Of a stretch of 64,000 nucleotides of DNA, positions 52,860 through 64,000 are shown in pieces (position 1 is the stretch's first letter; every line of letters starts with the position of its first letter). The translations under genes and the position numbers were made by a program. Source of the stretch: Balanoglossus misakiensis (lineage: Eukaryota > Animalia > Hemichordata); contig CM082582.2 in the NCBI GenBank assembly GCA_040954595.2, forward strand, positions 1,302,001 through 1,366,000, in the 5' to 3' direction. The notes under the pieces were generated by a model. That model ran no database searches. It was not told the origin of the DNA and saw nothing but the letters and a program-made list of their open reading frames with translations.

Positions 52860-55800
52860 TCAAATTGACCCACAAATCACTCAAAATTAATAGGCAGGAT
52901 ACTGTCCACTCTGGCCTGGTTACTGTCTGGCCTGCTTAATGTTGACGCAAAGGTTGACCCCACCAAACACTCAAAATTAATAGGCAGCATACTGGCCACT
53001 CTGGCCTAGTTAATGTTGACGCAAAGGTTGACCCCCACCAAACACTCAAAATTAATGGGCACGATACTGGCCACTCTGGCCTAGTTAATGTTGACGCAAA
53101 GGTTGACCCCACCAAACACTCAAAATCAATGGGCAGCATACTGTCCACTATGGCCTGGTTACTGTGTGCTCTGGTTAATGTTGACGCAAAGGTTGACCCC
53201 ACCAAACACTCAAAATTAATGGGCAGCACACTGTCCACTACGGCCTGGTTACTGTGTGCTCTGGTTAATGTTGATGCAAAGGTTGACCCCACCAAACACT
53301 CAAAATTAATGGGCAGAACACTGTCCACTATGGCCTGGTTACTGTGTGCTCTGGTTAATGTTGATGCAAAGGTTGACCCCACCAAACACTCAAAATTAAT
53401 GGGCAGGATACTGGCCACTCTGGCCTAGTTAATGTTGACGCAAAGGTTGACCCCCACCAAACACTCAAAATTAATGGGCACGATACTGGCCACTCTGGCC
53501 TAGTTAATGTTGACGCAAAGGTTGACCCCACCAAACACTCAAAATTAATGGGCAGCACACTGTCCACTACGGCCTGGTTACTGTGTGCTCTGGTTAATGT
53601 TGATGCAAAGGTTGACCCCACCAAACACTCAAAATTAATGGGCAGAACACTGTCCACTATGGCCTGGTTACTGTGTGCTCTGGTTAATGTTGATGCAAAG
53701 GTTGACCCCACCAAACGCTCAAAATTAATGGGCAGGATACTGGCCACTCTGGCCTAGTTAATGTTGACGCAAAGGTTGACCCCCACCAAACACTCAAAAT
53801 TAATGGGCACGATACTGGCCACTCTGGCCTTGTTAATGTTGACGCAAAGGTTGACCCCCACCAAACACTCAAAATTAATGGGCACGATACTGGCCACTCT
53901 GGCCTAGTTAATGTTGACGCAAAGGTTGACCCCACCAAACACTCAAAATCAATGGGCAGCATACTGTCCACTATGGCCTGGTTACTGTGTGCTCTGGTTA
54001 ATGTTGACGCAAAGGTTGACCCCACCAAACACTCAAAATTAATGGGCAGCACACTGTCCACTACGGCCTGGTTACTGTGTGCTCTGGTTAATGTTGATGC
54101 AAAGGTTGACCCCACCAAACACTCAAAATTAATGGGCAGAACACTGTCCACTATGGCCTGGTTACTGTGTGCTCTGGTTAATGTTGATGCAAAGGTTGAC
54201 CCCACCAAACACTCAAAATTAATGGGCAGGATACTGGCCACTCTGGCCTAGTTAATGTTGACGCAAAGGTTGACCCCCACCAAACACTCAAAATTAATGG
54301 GCACGATACTGGCCACTCTGGCCTAGTTAATGTTGACGCAAAGGTTGACCCCACCAAACACTCAAAATTAATGGGCAGCACACTGTCCACTACGGCCTGG
54401 TTACTGTGTGCTCTGGTTAATGTTGATGCAAAGGTTGACCCCACCAAACACTCAAAATTAATGGGCAGAACACTGTCCACTATGGCCTGGTTACTGTGTG
54501 CTCTGGTTAATGTTGATGCAAAGGTTGACCCCACCAAACGCTCAAAATTAATGGGCAGGATACTGGCCACTCTGGCCTAGTTAATGTTGACGCAAAGGTT
54601 GACCCCCACCAAACACTCAAAATTAATGGGCACGATACTGGCCACTCTGGCCTTGTTAATGTTGACGCAAAGGTTGACCCCCATGAAACACTCAAAATTA
54701 ATGGGCACGATACTGGCCACTCTGGCCTAGTTAATGTTGACGCAAAGGTTGACCCCACCAAACACTCAAAATTAATGGGCAGCACACTGTCCACTACGGC
54801 CTGGTTACTGTGTGCTCTGGTTAATGTTGACTCAAAGGTTGACCCCACCAAACACTCAAAATTAATGGGCAGAACACTGTCCACTATGGCCTGGTTACTG
54901 TGTGCTCTGGTTAATGTTGACGCAAAGGTTGACCCCACCAAACACTCAAAATTAATGGGCAGAACACTGTCCACTACGGCCTGGTTATTGTGTGCTCTGG
55001 TTAATGTTGACGCAAAGGTTGACGCCACCAAACACTCAAAATCAACGGGCAGCATACTGTCCACTATGGCCTGGTTACTGTGTGCTCTGGTTAATGTTGA
55101 CGCAAAGGTTGACCCCACCAAACACTCAAAATTAATGGGCAGAACACTGTCCACTATGGCCTGGTTACTGTGTGCTCTGGTTAATGTTGACGCAAAGGTT
55201 GACCCCACCAAACACTCAAAATTAATGGGCAGCACACTGTCCACTATGGCCTGGTTACTGTGTGCTCTGGTTAATGTTGACGCAAAGGTTGACCCCACCA
55301 AACACTCAAAATTAATGGGCAGAACACTGTCCACTACGGCCTGGTTACTGTGTGCTCTGGTTAATGTTGACGCAAAGGTTGACCCCACCAAACACTCAAA
55401 ATTAATGGGCAGAACACTGTCCACTATGGCCTGGTTACTGTGTGCTCTGGTTAATGTTGACGCAAAGGTTGACCCCACCAAACACTCAAAATTAATGGGC
55501 AGAACACTGTCCACTACGGCCTGGTTACTGTGTGCTCTGGTTAATGTTGACGCAAAGGTTGACCCCACCAAACACTCAAAATTAATGGGCAGAACACTGT
55601 CCACTACGGCCTGGTTACTGTGTGCTCTGGTTAATGTTGACGCAAAGGTTGACCCCACCAAACACTCAAAATTAATGGGCAGAACACTGTCCACTACGGC
55701 CTGGTTACTGTGTGCTCTGGTTAATGTTGACGCAAAGGTTGACCCCACCAAACACTCAAAATTAATGGGCAGCACACTGTCCACTATGGCCTGGTTACTG

Positions 55801-58800
55801 TGTGCTCTGGTTAATGTTGACGCAAAGGTTGACCCCACCAAACACTCAAAATTAATGGGCAGAACACTGTCCACTACGGCCTGGTTACTGTGTGCTCTGG
55901 TTAATGTTGACGCAAAGGTTGACCCCCACCAAACACTCAAAATTAATGGGCACGATACTGGCCACTCTGGCCTAGTTAATGTTGACGCAAAGGTTGACCC
56001 CACCAAACACTCAAAATTAATGGGCACGATACTGGCCACTCTGGCCTAGTTAATGTTGACGCAAAGGTTGACCCCACCAAACACTCAAAATTAATGGGCA
56101 CGATACTGGCCACTCTGGCCTAGTTAATGTTGACGCAAAGGTTGACCCCACCAAACACTCAAAATTAATGGGCACGATACTGGCCACTATGGCCTAGTTA
56201 ATGTTGACGCAAAGGTTGACCCCAGCAAACACTCAAAATTAATGGGCAGAACACTGTCCACTATGGCCTGGTTACTCTGTGCTCTGGTTAATGTTGACGC
56301 AAAGGTTGACCCCACCAAACACTCAAAATTAATGGGCAGCACACTGTCCACTATGGCCTGGTTACTGTGTGCTCTGGTTAATGTTGACGCAAAGGTTGAC
56401 CCCACCAAACACTCAAAATTAATGGGCAGAACACTGTCCACTACGGCCTGGTTACTGTGTGCTCTGGTTAATGTTGACGCAAAGGTTGACCCCACCAAAC
56501 ACTCAAAATTAATGGGCAGAACACTGTCCACTACGGCCTGGTTACTGTGTGCTCTGGTTAATGTTGACGCAAAGGTTGACCCCACCAAACACTCAAAATT
56601 AATGGGCAGAACACTGTCCACTACGGCCTGGTTACTGTGTGCTCTGGTTAATGTTGACGCAAAGGTTGACCCCACCAAACACTCAAAATTAATGGGCAGA
56701 ACACTGTCCACTACGGCCTGGTTACTGTGTGCTCTGGTTAATGTTGACGCAAAGGTTGACCCCACCAAACACTCAAAATTAATGGGCAGAACACTGTCCA
56801 CTACGGCCTGGTTACTGTGTGCTCTGGTTAATGTTGACGCAAAGGTTGACCCCACCAAACACTCAAAATTAATGGGCAGCACACTGTCCACTATGGCCTG
56901 GTTACTGTGTGCTCTGGTTAATGTTGACGCAAAGGTTGACCCCACCAAACACTCAAAATTAATGGGCAGAACACTGTCCACTACGGCCTGGTTACTGTGT
57001 GCTCTGGTTAATGTTGACGCAAAGGTTGACCCCCACCAAACACTCAAAATTAATGGGCACGATACTGGCCACTCTGGCCTAGTTAATGTTGACGCAAAGG
57101 TTGACCCCACCAAACACTCAAAATTAATGGGCACGATACTGGCCACTCTGGCCTAGTTAATGTTGACGCAAAGGTTGACCCCACCAAACACTCAAAATTA
57201 ATGGGCACGATACTGGCCACTCTGGCCTAGTTAATGTTGACGCAAAGGTTGACCCCACCAAACACTCAAAATTAATGGGCACGATACTGGCCACTATGGC
57301 CTAGTTAATGTTGACGCAAAGGTTGACCCCAGCAAACACTCAAAATTAATGGGCAGAACACTGTCCACTATGGCCTGGTTACTCTGTGCTCTGGTTAATG
57401 TTGACGCAAAGGTTGACCCCACCAAACACTCAAAATTAATGGGCAGCACACTGTCCACTATGGCCTGGTTACTGTGTGCTCTGGTTAATGTTGACGCAAA
57501 GGTTGACCCCACCAAACACTCAAAATTAATGGGCAGAACACTGTCCACTACGGCCTGGTTACTGTGTGCTCTGGTTAATGTTGACGCAAAGGTTGACCCC
57601 ACCAAACACTCAAAATTAATGGGCAGAACACTGTCCACTACGGCCTGGTTACTGTGTGCTCTGGTTAATGTTGACGCAAAGGTTGACCCCACCAAACACT
57701 CAAAATTAATGGGCAGAACACTGTCCACTACGGCCTGGTTACTGTGTGCTCTGGTTAATGTTGACGCAAAGGTTGACCCCACCAAACACTCAAAATTAAT
57801 GGGCAGCACACTGTCCACTACGGCCTGGTTACTGTGTGCTCTGGTTAATGTTGACGCAAAGGTTGACCCCACCAAACACTCAAAATTAATGGGCAGAACA
57901 CTGTCCACTACGGCCTGGTTACTGTGTGCTCTGGTTAATGTTGACGCAAAGGTTGACCCCACCAAACACTCAAAATTAATGGGCAGAACACTGTCCACTA
58001 CGGCCTGGTTACTGTGTGCTCTGGTTAATGTTGACGCAAAGGTTGACCCCACCAAACACTCAAAATTAATGGGCAGAACACTGTCCACTACGGCCTGGTT
58101 ACTGTGTGCTCTGGTTAATGTTGACGCAAAGGTTGACCCCACCAAACACTCAAAATTAATGGGCAGAACACTGTCCACTACGGCCTGGTTACTGTGTGCT
58201 CTGGTTAATGTTGACGCAAAGGTTGACCCCACCAAACACTCAAAATTAATGGGCAGAACACTGTCCACTACGGCCTGGTTACTGTGTGCTCTGGTTAATG
58301 TTGACGCAAAGGTTGACCCCACCAAACACTCAAAATTAATGGGCAGAACACTGTCCACTACGGCCTGGTTACTGTGTGCTCTGGTTAATGTTGACGCAAA
58401 GGTTGACCCCACCAAACACTCAAAATTAATGGGCAGAACACTGTCCACTATGGCCTGGTTACTGTGTGCTCTGGTTAATGTTGACGCAAAGGTTGACCCC
58501 ACCAAACACTCAAAATTAATGGGCAGAACACTGTCCACTACGGCCTGGTTACTGTGTGCTCTGGTTAATGTTGACGCAAAGGTTGACCCCACCAAACACT
58601 CAAAATTAATGGGCAGCACACTGTCCACTATGGCCTGGTTACTGTGTGCTCTGGTTAATGTTGACGCAAAGGTTGACCCCACCAAACACTCAAAATTAAT
58701 GGGCAGAACACTGTCCACTACGGCCTGGTTACTGTGTGCTCTGGTTAATGTTGACGCAAAGGTTGACCCCACCAAACACTCAAAATTAATGGGCAGAACA

Positions 58801-61800
58801 CTGTCCACTATGGCCTGGTTACTGTGTGCTCTGGTTAATGTTGACGCAAAGGTTGACCCCACCAAACACTCAAAATTAATGGGCAGAACACTGTCCACTA
58901 CGGTCTGGTTACTGTGTGCTCTGGTTAATGTTGACGCAAAGGTTGACCCCGACAAACACTCAAAATTAATGGGCAGAACACTGTCCACTATGGCCTGGTT
59001 ACTGTGTGCTCTGGTTAATGTTGACGCAAAGGTTGACCCCACCAAACACTCAAAATTAATGGGCAGCACACTGTCCACTATGGCCTGGTTACTGTGTGCT
59101 CTGGTTAATGTTGACGCAAAGGTTGACCCCACCAAACACTCAAAATTAATGGGCAGAACACTGTCCACTACGGCCTGGTTACTGTGTGCTCTGGTTAATG
59201 TTGACGCAAAGGTTGACCCCCACCAAACACTCAAAATTAATGGGCACGATACTGGCCACTCTGGCCTAGTTAATGTTGACGCAAAGGTTGACCCCACCAA
59301 ACACTCAAAATTAATGGGCACGATACTGGCCACTCTGGCCTAGTTAATGTTGACGCAAAGGTTGACCCCACCAAACACTCAAAATTAATGGGCACGATAC
59401 TGGCCACTCTGGCCTAGTTAATGTTGACGCAAAGGTTGACCCCACCAAACACTCAAAATTAATGGGCACGATACTGGCCACTCTGGCCTAGTTAATGTTG
59501 ACGCAGAGGTTGACCCCACCAAACACTCAAAATTAATGGGCAGAACACTGTCCACTACGGCCTGGTTACTGTGTGCTCTGGTTAATGTTGACGCAAAGGT
59601 TGACCCCACCAAACACTCAAAATTAATGGGCAGAACACTGTCCACTCGACCTGGTTACTGTGTGCTCTGGTTAATGTTGACGCAAAGGTTGACCCCACCA
59701 AACACTCAAAATTAATGGGCAGAACACTGTCCACTACGGCCTGGTTACTGTGTGCTCTGGTTAATGTTGACGCAAAGGTTGACCCCACCAAACACTCAAA
59801 ATTAATGGGCAGCACACTGTCCACTATGGCCTGGTTACTGTGTGCTCTGGTTAATGTTGACGCAAAGGTTGACCCCACCAAACACTCAAAATTAATGGGC
59901 AGAACACTGTCCACTACGGCCTGGTTACTGTGTGCTCTGGTTAATGTTGACGCAAAGGTTGACCCCCATCAAACACTCAAAATTAATGGGCAAGATACTG
60001 GCCACTCTGGCCTAGTTAATGTTGACGCAAAGGTTGACCCCACCAAACACTCAAAATTAATGGGCAGAACACTGTCCACTATGGCCTGGTTACTGTGTGC
60101 TCTGGTTAATGTTGACGCAAAGGTTGACCCCACCAAACACTCAAAATTAATGGGCAGAACACTGTCCACTACGGCCTGGTTACTGTGTGCTCTGGTTAAT
60201 GTTGACGCAAAGGTTGACCCCACCAAACACTCAAAATTAATGGGCAGAACACTGTCCACTACGGCCTGGTTACTGTGTGCTCTGGTTAATGTTGACGCAA
60301 AGGTTGACCCCACCAAACACTCAAAATTAATGGGCAGCACACTGTCCACTATGGCCTGGTTACTGTGTGCTCTGGTTAATGTTGACGCAAAGGTTGACCC
60401 CACCAAACACTCAAAATTAATGGGCAGAACACTGTCCACTACGGCCTGGTTACTGTGTGCTCTGGTTAATGTTGACGCAAAGGTTGACCCCACCAAACAC
60501 TCAAAATTAATGGGCAGAACACTGTCCACTACGGCCTGGTTACTGTGTGCTCTGGTTAATGTTGACGCAAAGGTTGACCCCACCAAACACTCAAAATTAA
60601 TGGGCAGAACACTGTCCACTACGGCCTGGTTACTGTGTGCTCTGGTTAATGTTGACGCAAAGGTTGACCCCACCAAACACTCAAAATTAATGGGCAGAAC
60701 ACTGTCCACTACGGCCTGGTTACTGTGTGCTCTGGTTAATGTTGACGCGAAGGTTGACCCCACCAAACACTCAAAATTAATGGGCAGAACACTGTCCACT
60801 ATGGCCTGGTTACTGTGTGCTCTGGTTAATGTTGACGCAAAGGTTGACCCCACCAAACACTCAAAATTAATGGGCAGCACACTGTCCACTATGGCCTGGT
60901 TACTGTGTGCTCTGGTTAATGTTGACGCAAAGGTTGACCCCACCAAACACTCAAAATTAATGGGCAGAACACTGTCCACTACGGCCTGGTTACTGTGTGC
61001 TCTGGTTAATGTTGACGCAAAGGTTGACCCCCACCAAACACTCAAAATTAATGGGCACGATACTGGCCACTCTGGCCTAGTTAATGTTGACGCAAAGGTT
61101 GACCCCACCAAACACTCAAAATTAATGGGCAAGATACTGGCCACTCTGGCCTAGTTAATGTTGACGCAAAGGTTGACCCCACCAAACACTCAAAATTAAT
61201 GGGCATGATACTGGCCACTCTGGCCTAGTTAATGTTGACGCAAAGGTTGACCCCACCAAACACTCAAAATTAATGGGCACGATACTGGCCACTCTGGCCT
61301 AGTTAATGTTGACGCAAAGGTTGACCCCACCAAACACTCAAAATTAATGGGCAGAACACTGTCCACTACGGCCTGGTTACTGTGTGCTCTGGTTAATGTT
61401 GACGCAAAGGTTGACCCCACCAAACACTCAAAATTAATGGGCAGAACACTGTCCACTACGGCCTGGTTACTGTGTGCTCTGGTTAATGTTGACGCAAAGG
61501 TTGACCCCACCAAACACCCAAAATTAATGGGCAGAACACTGTCCACTACGGCCTGGTTACTGTGTGCTCTGGTTAATGTTGACGCAAAGGTTGACCCCAC
61601 CAAACACTCAAAATTAATGGGCAGAACACTGTCCACTATGGCCTGGTTACTGTGTGCTCTGGTTAATGTTGACGCAAAGGTTGACCCCACCAAACACTCA
61701 AAATTAATGGGCAGCACACTGTCCACTATGGCCTGGTTACTGTGTGCTCTGGTTAATGTTGACGCAAAGGTTGACCCCACCAAACACTCAAAATTAATGG

Positions 61801-63525
61801 GCAGAACACTGTCCACTACGGCCTGGTTACTGTGTGCTCTGGTTAATGTTGACGCAAAGGTTGACCCCACCAAACACTCAAAATTAATGGGCAGAACACT
61901 GTCCACTACGGCCTGGTTACTGTGTGCTCTGGTTAATGTTGACGCAAAGGTTGACCCCCACCAAACACTCAAAATTAATGGGCACGATACTGGCCACTCT
62001 GGCCTAGTTAATGTTGACGCAAAGGTTGACCCCACCAAACACTCAAAATTAATGGGCAAGATACTGGCCACTCTGGCCTAGTTAATGTTGACGCAAAGGT
62101 TGACCCCACCAAACACTCAAAATTAATGGGCATGATACTGGCCACTCTGGCCTAGTTAATGTTGACGCAAAGGTTGACCCCACCAAACACTCAAAATTAA
62201 TGGGCACGATACTGGCCACTCTGGCCTAGTTAATGTTGACGCAAAGGTTGACCCCACCAAACACTCAAAATTAATGGGCAGAACACTGTCCACTACGGCC
62301 TGGTTACTGTGTGCTCTGGTTAATGTTGACGCAAAGGTTGACCCCACCAAACACTCAAAATTAATGGGCAGAACACTGTCCACTACGGCCTGGTTACTGT
62401 GTGCTCTGGTTAATGTTGACGCAAAGGTTGACCCCACCAAACACCCAAAATTAATGGGCAGAACACTGTCCACTACGGCCTGGTTACTGTGTGCTCTGGT
62501 TAATGTTGACGCAAAGGTTGACCCCACCAAACACTCAAAATTAATGGGCAGAACACTGTCCACTATGGCCTGGTTACTGTGTGCTCTGGTTAATGTTGAC
62601 GCAAAGGTTGACCCCACCAAACACTCAAAATTAATGGGCAGCACACTGTCCACTATGGCCTGGTTACTGTGTGCTCTGGTTAATGTTGACGCAAAGGTTG
62701 ACCCCACCAAACACTCAAAATTAATGGGCAGAACACTGTCCACTACGGCCTGGTTACTGTGTGCTCTGGTTAATGTTGACGCAAAGGTTGACCCCCACCA
62801 AACACTCAAAATTAATGGGCACGATACTGGCCACTCTGGCCTAGTTAATGTTGACGCAAAGGTTGACCCCACCAAACACTCAAAATTAATGGGCAAGATA
62901 CTGGCCACTCTGGCCTAGTTAATGTTGACGCAAAGGTTGACCCCACCAAACACTCAAAATTAATGGGCATGATACTGGCCACTCTGGCCTAGTTAATGTT
63001 GACGCAAAGGTTGACCCCACCAAACACTCAAAATTAATGGGCACGATACTGGCCACTCTGGCCTAGTTAATGTTGACGCAAAGGTTGACCCCACCAAACA
63101 CTCAAAATTAATGGGCAGAACACTGTCCACTACGGCCTGGTTACTGTGTGCTCTGGTTAATGTTGACGCAAAGGTTGACCCCACCAAACACTCAAAATTA
63201 ATGGGCAGAACACTGTCCACTACGGCCTGGTTACTGTGTGCTCTGGTTAATGTTGACGCAAAGGTTGACCCCACCAAACACCCAAAATTAATGGGCAGAA
63301 CACTGTCCACTACGGCCTGGTTACTGTGTGCTCTGGTTAATGTTGACGCAAAGGTTGACACCACCAAACACTCAAAATTAATGGGCAGCACACTGTCCAC
63401 TATGGCCTGGTTACTGTGTGCTCTGGTTAATGTTGACGCAAAGGTTGACCCCACCAAACACTCAAAATTAATGGGCAGAACACTGTCCACTACGGCCTGG
63501 TTACTGTGTGCTCTGGTTAATGTTA
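52860..63525. repeat. Two-monomer satellite array: 90-bp L units and 74/75-bp S units with higher-order organisation
   Basis: Shared core ttaatgttgacgcaaaggttgaccccaccaaacactcaaaattaatgggca; L tail gaacactgtccactacggcctggttactgtgtgctctgg, S tail cgatactggccactctggcctag. Confidence 0.98.
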
Positions 63526-63757
63526 ATGGTAGGTCGTGGCTGTCTCATTTCAGGGATTTGTGGACTAAATGTCAATCTTTGTACTATTCGTACATGAAAC
63601 TTTTCTTTCAAATACAACTTACAGACCAACATAGACAGTCATGCTTATATAAGTATGACTATCTATTAAAGTAACATTCATATCATGATTGTTGTTTTAC
63701 ACTGTGTTTTCAAAGTAATTGTTGCAGTAAACCAATTGCCTTGCTTGGAAATATTAA

Positions 63758-63864
63758 AAGGGAAGTCCTGTCCAGCTGATTTATGCATAATTTCTACACA
63801 ATGTTTTTTTCTGAAAGAATGACCTCAAAGCTACCCAATTATGTAGCTGAACCAGACTTCCCCT
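63758..63864. mobile_element. Tiny TTAA-flanked Kolobok-like MITE remnant
   Basis: ttaa|aagggaagtcctgtccagct...agctgaaccagacttcccct|ttaa. Confidence 0.55.
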
Positions 63865-64000
63865 TTAAATGCTACCAGTGAGCTTGTTTGTCTTTGTAAA
63901 TACACTCAAGTATTTATCCCCTTTTTCTCAGAATTCAATGCATCTTCATGCCATGAGGTGAGAGGACACTTTTGTTAGCAGGAGGGAAACAAATCCAAAA

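Noticed and set aside
52936-63674. Long ORFs on both strands (up to 679 aa) with 30-aa repeats, superficially ankyrin-like (GRTL..LL.ALVNVDAKVD)
   Set aside because: A 90-bp unit is a multiple of 3 and happens to lack stops. The 74-bp S units break the frames, there is no TPLH motif or 33-aa period, and no splice or start context is evident.

Overview
Repeat-rich eukaryotic (animal) DNA. The TE repertoire suggests a marine invertebrate, which is inference only. No intact protein-coding gene is visible. Two unrelated satellite arrays bracket the window: a ~78-bp AT-tract satellite (1-14190) and a 90/74-75-bp two-monomer satellite (~52860-63525). Nearly all long ORFs in the track are artefacts of these arrays. 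Between them lie nested transposon remnants: an RTEX-like LINE, two L2-like LINE pieces, an intron-containing ZNF862-like hAT transposase pseudogene, several TTAA-target Kolobok-like MITEs, a 7-bp-TSD foldback MITE, a TSD-less palindromic insert and Helentron-like elements. There is also a ~6.5-kb-offset tandem duplication carrying short paralogous GT-AG exons of an unannotated spliced transcript (lncRNA or small secreted peptide). The most intriguing small signals are a 57-nt mascRNA-like tRNA mimic directly after the MALAT1-type tract AAAAAGCAAAA (52615-52682), a pre-miRNA-sized exonic hairpin (31865-31914) and an orphan PPPY-containing exon (27866-28075). All were read by eye and need computational confirmation.
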